A stretch of DNA of 64,000 nucleotides, taken from the IMG/VR virus record IMGVR_UViG_3300012209_000005, positions 32,001 to 96,000 of that record, one strand, 5' to 3'. Source of the DNA: a virus. The translations under genes and the position numbers were made by a program. Below the pieces are notes generated by a model. That model worked only from the letters and a program-made list of their open reading frames with translations. It ran no database searches and was not told the origin of the DNA. Below, one piece after another: positions 20,301 through 28,643 of this stretch; position 1 is the stretch's first letter, and each line of letters opens with the position of its first letter.

Positions 20301-21806
20301 CGCGGTCGCTATGTGCAGCGCCAGTTCCGCGGCCCCGGGCATGGCGGCGGCGAACATCAGGAGCGCGTGCCCGACGTTGCCGAGGATCTGCCCGAACTCC
20401 CGCAGGTCCTGGACCGCCTGCCCGACGAGCTTCTGCAAGGTCGCCCCCATCGGCCCCTGCAGGTCGGCGACCACTTTCGCGCCGAAGGCATCGAGCATGT
20501 GGGTGACTTCCAGCCCGACGCGGGCGAAATTGGACAGCCCGTCAGCGCCGGCGTGGGACTGGGTGCCGATAGCTTTCAGCGCTTCCCCGAAAAGCTCGTA
20601 GACCCCGGGGTTCGCCCTGTCCTGCGCGACCTGCATGGAATGGCCGAGCCCGAGCATATCCCCGGCGGTCTTGCCGACCATCGGGCCGAGGGTCTCGCTG
20701 GCGGTGTAAAGCCCGGTGACCATGTGCGTGACCTGCTGCATGCCCTGGGCCATCGCGTACGCCCCGGCCACGGCGGCGTACATGGCGGGCAGGAACACGG
20801 CCAGGAATTCCACGACGGCCATGATCACCAGGTGGATCGCCGTGCCCCACCCGGTGATCCCGAATGCCGCCAGCCCGAGGGGTATCCGCGCCGCCGCCGC
20901 GGCTGCCGCCAGGGCCGCCATCCCCCCGCCGGCGTTGTCGGCAGCCGCGCGGAAGGGGAGCAGGACCGCGTTCGCCCGCGCCAGCGCCGCCGCCGCGCCC
21001 GCCATGACGGTGCTGAACTGCGCCACGTCGGGGGTGTTCGCCTTGATCGCGGCGTCAAGCTCGCCGGCGGTCATCGCGCTCTCTTGCTGGGCGCGGGACA
21101 GTTTCTGCACCTCGGCGGCACCCGCGGCGTCCACCGCGAACATCCGCTGCTGCGCCCCGCTGGTCGCGTTCACCTCGGAGATCAACTGGATCATCGAGGC
21201 GCTCATGTCACGCCCGGAGCCCCCCACCCGCCGCCAGGATGCCGCCAGGGTGTCCGCTTCGGCCGCCGCCTCCGCTAGCGGGGCGGCCTGCTCTTTCACG
21301 GCATTGGCAGTCCTGGCGGCCATGTTCGCCTCCATGAACTGCGCGGCGACCACCTCGCGGGTGGCGGCGGCGTACTCCCGGGCGGTGATCGCGCCCTCGG
21401 CGAGCTGGCTGTCAAGCTCGCGCAGGGCGGCGGACTGCGCGTCGATGTGGGACATCTGCGCCCCGAGGTCACCGAAGCTCTCGGTGACGTTCTCGCGGAT
21501 ATTCTGGGTGACCGGGGGGAGGTTCTCCGGCGCCATTCCGGCCGTGCCGATGTTGATATCCCTGACCGTGCGGGTGACCGTCTCGTTGGTCAGGACATCG
21601 GGGCGGCCGATCTCCTCGTAGCTGATCCGGATGGTGACGTCGCGGGGCAGGGCCTCCAGCGCGGCTTCCAGCTCGGCGACTTTTTCGAGCATCGTGTCGA
21701 TGCTGTCGATGAAATCCCGGTTGGCGGCAACCATCGCCTCGATGCCGGCAAGGTACGGGGCGACATCTGCGTCGAATTCCTGGCTGACTCTCGGAAGCTC
21801 CGGCAG
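17310..21806 (-). CDS. tape measure protein with C-terminal lytic transglycosylase
   Basis: Long Ala-rich helical ORF; LWNQESGWN..A.NPSSGAYGIPQ SLT motif; start may be CTG 21806 (first ATG is 21734). Confidence 0.92.
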   Translation of the reverse strand: MPELPRVSQEFDADVAPYLAGIEAMVAANRDFIDSIDTMLEKVAELEAALEALPRDVTIRISYEEIGRPDVLTNETVTRTVRDINIGTAGMAPENLPPVTQNIRENVTESFGDLGAQMSHIDAQSAALRELDSQLAEGAITAREYAAATREVVAAQFMEANMAARTANAVKEQAAPLAEAAAEADTLAASWRRVGGSGRDMSASMIQLISEVNATSGAQQRMFAVDAAGAAEVQKLSRAQQESAMTAGELDAAIKANTPDVAQFSTVMAGAAAALARANAVLLPFRAAADNAGGGMAALAAAAAAARIPLGLAAFGITGWGTAIHLVIMAVVEFLAVFLPAMYAAVAGAYAMAQGMQQVTHMVTGLYTASETLGPMVGKTAGDMLGLGHSMQVAQDRANPGVYELFGEALKAIGTQSHAGADGLSNFARVGLEVTHMLDAFGAKVVADLQGPMGATLQKLVGQAVQDLREFGQILGNVGHALLMFAAAMPGAAELALHIATAISEVIKWISQLPAPLLYAVFIFEEMYRWSGILVGGFGLLGRAIALLGTLGIPVFAKIGANVAAMVANVVSGLAGMIANLGGVAAKMASGMGFTKAADGIGMAASGVVGKLGAVSKFLLGPWGAALAVGALALAGLGFWLGREKTATQEFIDGINKAVGAASNMSALNVIAQKNAQVVQQQNQQWASFNALVKAGAGYLALSSGAISGSAQNIMELTAEQKKLFDTSKNVIQGATDISKAYKVDFVTALGLADMAGIKLSTSMGKNGQLNAQAAIQVASLVLGYQKMDQTGGILANTMAAVNIQAGLQTTKVQQTNQAWDQFIAMGTSLTGTFTQLNLDLQQMGNLAPAVGGKIRAFSGQVGSSVKDIAKELTSFSGSSAQVWQSYNQSITQANSFTDALRVAAAAGVVTQKQYGQGIASVVQQLEPYASKSKAALAELMMISQEASGPAYDSTKSLTQNYQALKEWTDKNAVSSGKFAGLLTDLTAKITNVSKVAANFAGTLQSDVLDAMAAAGADTKKITTLTQAYTAALLQNGTQSPATKAAQDALTKALEQYKFKASDVNQIEQILSNTYGRNQAASNTLEGQTVKTRGAFERFSAQLGINKSKADQLWNDFAGKGINTFNILRSHTDLSKKKFEELAAQLHVSKQHADDLWNALHRLPPRTNVVIHETGLGKWSVSGPTSRTGAAHGPQNIGAAPGGFQHGMKVPGGYGGGDIFHALLEPGEAVVPKHLVKAIEPFLAAHKVPGFAAGGVIPNYSGAIPGLGPWGDHNINANANQMAAVIESRMNAAMQKAIAAAQAALVGSGKGGMGDSGARTHSAAVAQAYARSLLPLYHWGPDQMAPLIRLWNQESGWNAWAVNPSSGAYGIPQSLGHGHPYNLGDYKSQIIWGLNYIKQRPGYGSPAAAWAHEVAHNWYDNGGFLPPGLSLALNTTGRPERVSPPGGTGEGGTLVLSPGALVVELDGQKIWQNMQQRVLTYNMRNRGQVTGGWSNTNK

Positions 21807-21822
21807 ACAGTCACCTCCTCAC

Positions 21823-22311
21823 TTACCGGACATAAGGGCTCATGCGGGCCATGAAAGCAGAAACGGCCGAACGCTGGAGGGAGCCGTTAGAAATAACAGC
21901 TTCCAGCGCCGGCCGGAAATACGGGTGCTCGGGGACATGGACCCGGCGGAAATACCAGGACCCGCCGGTGTTCACCCAGTGCATCATGCCCTTGTTGCCC
22001 CAGGTATCGCCGCCGAACTCCTGGATAGCCGCGTACCGGGCGTAAGCCCCGACGCTGGCTTCCGCCTGCGTTCCCTTCGAAATCGTCCTGCCCCTTTTCA
22101 CGCTGCGCGCCAGGGCGCCGGAGGCATACGCGGGCGGGTGCCCCACTGCCTGCCGCCAGAACATGCGCGGCGGGTGGAACTGCTGCTTCAGCTCCACCGT
22201 CGTCACCCGGCGCTGGAAGGTGTCCGCCATTGCCGTGGCAACGGGACCCGCGGCGCTCGCGACATTCCCGGCCAGCCCCGCCAGGAAAGCAGTGTTCCCC
22301 TCCGGGGTCAT
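21823..22311 (-). CDS. HK97 gp10-like neck/tail completion protein
   Basis: SGALARS, YAAIQEFGG, PYFRPA. Confidence 0.7.
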   Translation of the reverse strand: MTPEGNTAFLAGLAGNVASAAGPVATAMADTFQRRVTTVELKQQFHPPRMFWRQAVGHPPAYASGALARSVKRGRTISKGTQAEASVGAYARYAAIQEFGGDTWGNKGMMHWVNTGGSWYFRRVHVPEHPYFRPALEAVISNGSLQRSAVSAFMARMSPYVR

Positions 22312-22314
22312 CGG

Positions 22315-23451
22315 TCACCCTTTCTTCTTCACCCGCTCCGCAAGCTCGGTGACCGCGGGCCCCATGTACTTCTCGGCCACCCGGTCCAGGGCGTAATCCA
22401 GGGCGAAGTCGCGCAGCTTATCCCGGTCGACCGCATCACGGCTCTCGTGCGCCTGCTGAAGGGCGGCGTGAATCTGCCCGATGTAGGGCTTCGTCCACCA
22501 GCCCTTGTGCACCCCGTTCCAGAAAGGCTCGCCGCCCACGTGGAACCCGAGCGGGTTCAGCTCCGTCATCGAGGAGGCATCCGTGGTGATCACCGGGGTA
22601 CCGCACGCCTGGGCCTCGACGATCGGCAGGCCGAAGCCCTCGCCGTAGCTGGTGGCCACCAGCACGTCGCATACCCCGTACCAGTCGGCGATATCCTGCG
22701 GAGACACCAGCCCGCAGGAGTACCGGTACTGGTCGACGACGCGGACCTTATCGACGATGCCGAGGTTCTCGGCGACAGCCTCCAGGTCCTGCCCGCCCTC
22801 GGTGTGGACCCCGGTGTGCAGGGACAGGATGGCTTCCGGGTGGTCCTCGCAGAAGCGGGCGAACGCCAGCATGATCTCGGGGATAGCCTTGCGGATCGCG
22901 TCATTATTCGCCATGTTCGCGCCGATGACGAAGTTGCCGTCGACCCCCAGCGACTCGCGAAGTGCCTTGCGGTCCCCTGGCGGGGAAAACAAGTCGGTGT
23001 CAATCCCGTGCGGGACGTACACCGGGTCGAACCCGGCGTCCCTCATCCGGTCGCGGCCCCACATGCTCATCGCCATCAGCTGCGCCCCGGTGGCATGCAG
23101 GACGCTGCGGTCCGCGAGGGACTGGGGCCGGCAGTCCACCGGGAGCCAGTGGGCTATCGGCAGCTCGCGGATCAGGTTCGGGTCCATTACCCAGATGTCG
23201 CCGAGGGTGATGATCAGGTCCGGCTGGACCATCTGGGCGTGCTGCGACAGCGACGGGGAGCAGTAATTCTGCCCGTACCCGGGCAGGATGGTGATGCCAT
23301 TCCACAGCGTCGGCGCGCCTTGCAGCCCCCAGTAGGTGCTGATCGTTACCTCGTGCCCCATGTCCGCGAGCTTCTGCACCCAATTTGCGGTCTGCATGCC
23401 GTAGCCGGAGGGGGCCCAGGGAACGCACGAATGCCATAGCAATTTGCTCAC
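22315..23451 (-). CDS. GT4 (GT-B) glycosyltransferase
   Basis: SGYG, VPHGID, RK, GEGFGLPIVEAQACGTPVI (EX7E). Confidence 0.92.
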   Translation of the reverse strand: MSKLLWHSCVPWAPSGYGMQTANWVQKLADMGHEVTISTYWGLQGAPTLWNGITILPGYGQNYCSPSLSQHAQMVQPDLIITLGDIWVMDPNLIRELPIAHWLPVDCRPQSLADRSVLHATGAQLMAMSMWGRDRMRDAGFDPVYVPHGIDTDLFSPPGDRKALRESLGVDGNFVIGANMANNDAIRKAIPEIMLAFARFCEDHPEAILSLHTGVHTEGGQDLEAVAENLGIVDKVRVVDQYRYSCGLVSPQDIADWYGVCDVLVATSYGEGFGLPIVEAQACGTPVITTDASSMTELNPLGFHVGGEPFWNGVHKGWWTKPYIGQIHAALQQAHESRDAVDRDKLRDFALDYALDRVAEKYMGPAVTELAERVKKKG

Positions 23452-23487
23452 GCTAGAATTCCGTTCATTCTCATGATTACTCTCCTC

Positions 23488-23577
23488 ATGGACAAGCTCT
23501 GTGAGTGCGGCTGCGGTATGCCATTGGCACCCGTAAAGTACGATCTCGCCGCGGAAAACCGCCGTCGTGCGCAGTGA
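23488..23577 (+). pseudogene. possible homing-endonuclease N-terminal remnant (29 aa)
   Basis: MDKLCECGCG on the strand opposite the operon, same orientation as the nearby HNH gene. Confidence 0.35.
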
Positions 23578-23820
23578 TCACTTATCCTGGAGCTGCTCGA
23601 TAGCCGCGTTCCTCGCCTGGTCCAGGACGGGCAGCCAGAACACGTGGTCCAGGCTCAGCTCGTCCACCTGGGCAGGCGTCCAGTGATAGGCCTTGGCGAA
23701 ATAGTCGTAGACGAGCATCTGCGTCCCGAAACCCTCCGGGTAATCCGGCTGGAATTCAGCGCGGAACCCATTGAACCGGTAGATGAAAATCTGGGTCAGG
23801 CGGTAGCCGGCTTTTTTGGG
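23578..23820 (-). CDS. tail assembly chaperone -1 frameshift extension (gpGT-like)
   Basis: CCCAAAAAAG at 23820-23811; the -1 frame is open: KAGYRLTQIF...YHWTPAQVDELSL...QDK*. Confidence 0.85.
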   Translation of the reverse strand, partial: PKKAGYRLTQIFIYRFNGFRAEFQPDYPEGFGTQMLVYDYFAKAYHWTPAQVDELSLDHVFWLPVLDQARNAAIEQLQDK

Positions 23821-24155
23821 TCCGGCAGGTTCCGCCCGGATATAAGCTCCATCAGGGGCTCGACTTCCTTCTCCAGGGCCGCGTAATCCTCCAGGTCCAT
23901 CGCGTCCCCGATCACCATGTCGGCGGCCCGGAAGGAATCGTTGGCTGGAATGGGCACCGGGTAGGACCAGTCGGTGATCACCCGGCCCAGCAGGGCATTG
24001 CGCATATCGTTCTGCATTTCCAGGAACGCGGCCCTGTTCCTGTTCCCGTCGCCGAGTTCCACCGACACCACCGCCTGGACGGCGAAACGGTCACTGGCCT
24101 TCAGCTTGTCGCGGTATTCCACCCAGCCTCCGCTGGGCAGTGATGCTCGTGCCAT
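23796..24155 (-). CDS. tail assembly chaperone (gpG-like)
   Basis: Follows the major tail gene; ends just after the slippery site. Confidence 0.8.
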   Translation of the reverse strand: MARASLPSGGWVEYRDKLKASDRFAVQAVVSVELGDGNRNRAAFLEMQNDMRNALLGRVITDWSYPVPIPANDSFRAADMVIGDAMDLEDYAALEKEVEPLMELISGRNLPDPKKPATA

Positions 24156-24207
24156 GTGCTTCTTCCTTGTCTTTCGCTTATTCGACACAAGTTAGTATCC
24201 CTGGAGT

Positions 24208-24828
24208 ATGATTGACCCCATGGAGTCCTGGTTGCCCGTAGTCGGATTCGAGTCCTACTACGAAGTTTCTGACATCGGTCATGTCCGCAGCCTGCGCACG
24301 GGAAAGATAATGAGCCCGAGCACGAGCAATAGCGGCGGCTATCCCCAGTACATATTCACCGTCGACGGCAAGCGCATCCCGAAATACGCACATCACCTGG
24401 TGCTTGAGGCATTCGACAGTCCCCGCCCTGGAGGGCAGGAGGCACGTCACCTTGACGGCGATGCCGCTAATCCCGCCCTGACGGACCCGGCGGGAAAGCG
24501 GCGGCTCACCTGGGGAACGAGCAGCGAGAACAAGTTCGATGAGGTCCGTCACGGCACGCATTACGAAGCCAGTCGCACGCACTGCGACAACGGGCATGAA
24601 TGGAGCGAGGAAAACACCCGCATCCGGCGTTACCCGGACGGGACGTTCAAGACCCGCTGGTGCATAGAATGTGCCCGCATTCGCTCAGCCGCCGTCCGTG
24701 CGGCACGCATCGAAGACGAACGCCGCTGCACGGAGGACGACTGCGGTAAGCCCTACTTCGGCCGGGGGATGTGCTCTATGCACTACGCACGGTGGCAGAA
24801 GTCACAGAAGATGCAGGGTCTTCAGTGA
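24208..24828 (+). mobile_element. free-standing NUMOD4-HNH homing endonuclease
   Basis: WLPVVGFESYYEVSDIGHVRS (NUMOD4); HHLVLEAF..RHLDGD..WGT.SEN; THCDNGHE; antisense to the operon. Confidence 0.88.
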
Positions 24829-26226
24829 CGGAAGGTCATCGTCAGACCACACGGTGTACGTGGGGATGTTATTCACCAGGGTGATGACCCCCGGGCCGAG
24901 CCCCCCGGACCCGCCGTAGTCGATGTTGTTGGCGATCCCCTCGAAGGTGTTCCCGTACCCGATGAGCGCCTTGCTCCGCATGATCTTGCTCTTGATGTTC
25001 GCCACCTGGCTCGCGGTGAAAGTCAGGGTGAACGGGGTGCCGGCGTTCGGGATGCCGGCGTTCGTCAGCGAGATCGACATCGGGGTCTGCGCGTTGAGCA
25101 GCATCAGGTCCAGCGGGGTCTCGGAGTTCGTCGGGTCCCACTGGATGGTCCCGTCCATGCCCAGCGGCCCCCGGGCGATCACGTACGGGACCTGGGTGCC
25201 GGCGACGATCCAGTAGACCTGGGTCTGGCGCTTGAAAGACACGGAGAACTCGCCGATGCCGGCGTAGTTGCCGGTGGACGCCACCGTGTTGCCCGCGAGG
25301 GTCACCGTCGCCGCCCAGTTGGGGATCGGGCGGCTGTTCGTGGTGATATTCGTCACCGCCGTGCCCGCGACCTGCGACAGCCACGAGTCCCCGGCCATCT
25401 TCAGGTTGAGCAGCTGCTCCGCGTTCCCGGAGAAGTCGATGCTCTTCAGCACCGAGCTGGGGTACATGCGGGCGCCGAAAGTGTTCGTGGGCGCGGTGCC
25501 GAAGGTGGCGTTGGTGAACACGTTGACGATGTTCGTCACGTCGGTGAACGTGTGCGTGGGAGGCTGCGCCCCGTAGGCGCCGCCGTACCCGAGCGGGGAG
25601 TTGAGCGCCGCGAACCGGTGCGTGAACACCGTGCCCGTGGGGGCGACCGTCGACGCGACCGTGGACCCGGCGGCGACCACGCCGTTGATGGACGTCGGGT
25701 GCTGGAAGCGCACCGGGGTGGTGATGAAGTTGACCACGTTGGAGACCGCGGTCGAGGAGACGAGCAGCACCTCATTCGCGTAGCTCGCCGGGGTGTTGCT
25801 GGTGGTCGCCGTCCCCAGCTGGATGTAGCTGCCCGCGCTGAAGCCGGTGGGAGCGGAGGCGAGCGTGAACTGGGTCGCCCCCACCTGGACGGTCCCGCTG
25901 ACCGTCTGCGCACCGCCGATGGCGTTGCAGGTGGTGGACATATCCCCGAAAACATTGTCGAAAAAGTACCCGTGGCTGTCCAGGAAGTTGGGACCCCCGA
26001 ACGAGAACGTGGCGCTTTCCACGCCGAGCGTCTCGTAGAACAGGTCCGTCATCGCGCCCCTGATCGCGTTGTCCTTCAGGAACTTAGGCGTGTCCTCAGG
26101 CTCGAAGGAGCCCTGCTCCAGGGGGTGCGTGATGACAGGGACAAGGGGGGTCCCCACCGTCAGCTCGCGCGAAAGCCCCAGCCAGCTGAGTACGCCCGGG
26201 TAAATGGAAGGTCCGCCGAGAGCCAC
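24802..26226 (-). CDS. major tail tube protein with Thr/Ser-rich insertion
   Basis: Position before the chaperones; tube-like beta composition. Confidence 0.75.
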   Translation of the reverse strand: MALGGPSIYPGVLSWLGLSRELTVGTPLVPVITHPLEQGSFEPEDTPKFLKDNAIRGAMTDLFYETLGVESATFSFGGPNFLDSHGYFFDNVFGDMSTTCNAIGGAQTVSGTVQVGATQFTLASAPTGFSAGSYIQLGTATTSNTPASYANEVLLVSSTAVSNVVNFITTPVRFQHPTSINGVVAAGSTVASTVAPTGTVFTHRFAALNSPLGYGGAYGAQPPTHTFTDVTNIVNVFTNATFGTAPTNTFGARMYPSSVLKSIDFSGNAEQLLNLKMAGDSWLSQVAGTAVTNITTNSRPIPNWAATVTLAGNTVASTGNYAGIGEFSVSFKRQTQVYWIVAGTQVPYVIARGPLGMDGTIQWDPTNSETPLDLMLLNAQTPMSISLTNAGIPNAGTPFTLTFTASQVANIKSKIMRSKALIGYGNTFEGIANNIDYGGSGGLGPGVITLVNNIPTYTVWSDDDLPSLKTLHLL

Positions 26227-26235
26227 ATGCTCCTT

Positions 26236-26751
26236 TTACGCTCTGAAGATTTCCCAGCAACTGACTTTGATAAGGCAGTCGTAACGCTTTTCCCGCTCAT
26301 CCGCGGTTGACTTGAGCCCCGTCACGTAGTGCATATTCTCGCCCACGTTGTAAATCTCGGAGACAAGCCCGGAGTTGGGGTCCGTGATCGTGACCGGGTT
26401 CGGGTGCGAGAACCGCAGCGCGTACATCGCCGCGTCCACCATCCCGGGGAAGATGGGGTCCTGCTGGGTCCCGCTCCCGGTGGAAAACCAGGTCAGGTAC
26501 ACGTCCATGAAGTGCATCATGCCCTTGGTGCCGGAACTCGTATTCGGCCCGGTGTTCCTCGGGATGGTCCCGCCCAGGTCGCCGGAGCGGTTTTCCTCGC
26601 CGTCCGCCGGCCAGATGTAAATATGCGGGACTTTAGCCTGGATGTTAGGGTCGGGCGGCGTGATATACGCCCTCGCGTTCGCCTTGCCGTAGGGCATCGG
26701 CAGCTGGTCCAGGATGCTGAGCAGGAAAGCCTGCGCCGTCACCAGGGGCAC
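26236..26751 (-). CDS. tail terminator-like protein
   Basis: Size and position upstream of the major tail. Confidence 0.55.
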   Translation of the reverse strand: MPLVTAQAFLLSILDQLPMPYGKANARAYITPPDPNIQAKVPHIYIWPADGEENRSGDLGGTIPRNTGPNTSSGTKGMMHFMDVYLTWFSTGSGTQQDPIFPGMVDAAMYALRFSHPNPVTITDPNSGLVSEIYNVGENMHYVTGLKSTADEREKRYDCLIKVSCWEIFRA

Positions 26752-26796
26752 GGCAGACTCCTCCCTATGCCCATTTTACTGGCTTTGAATTCAAAA

Positions 26797-27321
26797 TCAA
26801 GGCCCGTACGAGCGGATGCGGGCCTGCTGGGCAGCCAGCTCGCGCAATGCCTGCGCGACCCGCTGGGCCCGCGACGCCCGCTGCGCGGTCAGCGTCACCG
26901 CCGATGTGGAGAAGGTGCTCTTCGGCTGCGTGGAGATGGTGCCGCGCTTATGCAGCTGGCAGGCCCGCCGGTGGGCCGCCGCCGTCCGCCGGGCCGTGGC
27001 CCTCGCGGTCGCCGAGGCATGCGCCCTGGCGGTGGCTTTCGCGTGCGCGCTGGCGGTCGCCCTGGCGTGCGCGCGGGCCGTCGCCCTGGCGTGCGCGCTG
27101 GCGGTCGCCCGCGCCTTCAGGCTCGCCGCGCTGCGGTGCTTCTTCACGGTCCTGGCCACCGGGCGCCGCTTAGGTGCGTGCTTGACGCGGTGGGCGGCCC
27201 TGCGGGCTTTCTTCGCCTTCCGCGCCGTCGTGCGGGTGACCGCCCGCGCCCGCCTGGCATGAGAGGCGACCCGGGTCGCGGTTTTCGCCTGCCGCCGGGT
27301 CGTCGTGGTACCGCAGGACAT
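26797..27321 (-). CDS. histone H1/protamine-like Ala/Arg/Thr-rich basic protein
   Basis: GGAGG RBS; one acidic residue in 174 aa; ARATASAH octapeptide repeats. Confidence 0.7.
   Translation of the reverse strand: MSCGTTTTRRQAKTATRVASHARRARAVTRTTARKAKKARRAAHRVKHAPKRRPVARTVKKHRSAASLKARATASAHARATARAHARATASAHAKATARAHASATARATARRTAAAHRRACQLHKRGTISTQPKSTFSTSAVTLTAQRASRAQRVAQALRELAAQQARIRSYGP
27002..27114. repeat. imperfect 24-bp tandem repeat
   Basis: GCGTGCGCGCTGGCGGTCGCCC-type units encoding ARATA(S/R)AH; boundaries approximate. Confidence 0.7.
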
Positions 27322-27430
27322 GCGACCTCCGGTATAGTTGAGTCAAGCCCGCCTGCCTGGCGTGAGGACAGGTCACTTTTCACCACGGGATCTCGGAGTT
27401 GAACCTTGATCCCCGCCGGCGCAGGCGGGC

Positions 27431-28414
27431 CTAGACTGTCCGCCGGAACGGGTGCAGCAGAAGCTCCGCCTCGGAGTTCAGGGATTCCACGTCGCCCCCG
27501 GTGTGCTGGGAGTGCCCGCTGATGTCGTGGATGGTCGTCGTGGTCGCGCCCCGGACGAGGGCTTCGGCGGTGCAGAAAAGGATGCACGCCTGCTCGATGG
27601 TCCCGGGCATGGTGGTGAAAATGGTGCCCTGCTCATGCGGGTAGACCAGCGGCGAGGACAGGGACACCGTTCCCGGGCCGGCGGTCGTCGTGCTCGCGGT
27701 CACGTGCACCGTCTCCTGCAAACCCGAGTCTTTCACCACCCCGGTGGCCCCCAGCTGCCCGGAGTAGCTGGTTGAGGCCCAGCCGGTGGTATCATCCAGG
27801 ACGAGGGTCACGGAGCCCGCCGTGGCATTCTGGGCGATCTCCGCGTGCGGCCAGCCGTTCGTGTAGGTGATCTGCACCGCGAAGCCGTTGCGCCCGTTCC
27901 CGCGGGTGACCCACCCGGGGGCGATGATCACCGCCTGCCCGCCGAAGGCGCTCCCCGAGGGGACGTTGGAGCCGTAAATCCCGATCGGGGGAACCTCGGG
28001 CTCGTAATTGCCGGCGGGAACCGTCTGCCACTGGCGCGGCCAGGCCGCGTTCGGGGACACCTGCACTTGCGAGATGCTCAGGACCGGCCACCGTGCCATA
28101 ATCGCGCGGGCATTGTAGACGCCCTGCCCCCAGTAGGGCCCCGCCACCCCGCCGCCGGCGCCAGGGCCCACAGTCAGCCGGTAGTCGGGCCCGTGCAGAA
28201 GCTCGGTGTCGGTGGTGGCGCGGAGGACCTGGTTGCAGTAGGCATCCGCTTTCGCCGTCGCCCGCTGGCACATGTTCCACCACTCGGCGGCATTCTGCGC
28301 GGGGGTCACGTCGTCCCCGGGGGGGATGCTCGCCCAGTCGATGCCCGTGGGCGCGGTGATCAGCGTGACGGGGGAAATGTACGGCGCGCCGATGACGGGC
28401 ATCGGGGTCGTCAC
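27431..28414 (-). CDS. head-to-tail adaptor
   Basis: RATAKADAYCNQ, ITYTNGW, IEQACI, AELLLHPFRR C-terminus. Confidence 0.75.
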   Translation of the reverse strand: MTTPMPVIGAPYISPVTLITAPTGIDWASIPPGDDVTPAQNAAEWWNMCQRATAKADAYCNQVLRATTDTELLHGPDYRLTVGPGAGGGVAGPYWGQGVYNARAIMARWPVLSISQVQVSPNAAWPRQWQTVPAGNYEPEVPPIGIYGSNVPSGSAFGGQAVIIAPGWVTRGNGRNGFAVQITYTNGWPHAEIAQNATAGSVTLVLDDTTGWASTSYSGQLGATGVVKDSGLQETVHVTASTTTAGPGTVSLSSPLVYPHEQGTIFTTMPGTIEQACILFCTAEALVRGATTTTIHDISGHSQHTGGDVESLNSEAELLLHPFRRTV

Positions 28415-28420
28415 CGGGCA

Positions 28421-28633
28421 TCACCTCCCCTCGGGAGCATTCTGGCGGCGGATGCAGCGGTGGCACAGGTAGCCCCCGCGCCCTTCGTCTTCCTCGGCAA
28501 TCCAGTCGCTGTGCTTTGGATAGCACACGTCATCACCGCAGCGCACGCACTGCCCGGCGGGAGCTGCCGTCCTGGCAGCGCGTCCCCTGCGGGGTCCGCC
28601 GCAACTCCTGCACAGTCCGGGCGCTCTGCTCAC
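28421..28633 (-). CDS. small zinc-finger protein
   Basis: CRSC, CVRC, CYPKH, CHRC. Confidence 0.55.
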   Translation of the reverse strand: MSRAPGLCRSCGGPRRGRAARTAAPAGQCVRCGDDVCYPKHSDWIAEEDEGRGGYLCHRCIRRQNAPEGR

Positions 28634-28643
28634 GGGGGGGCTC

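Noticed and set aside
24190-24860. Group I intron around the HNH gene
   Set aside because: The HNH is antisense and intergenic, flanking genes look complete, and there is no room for an intron core
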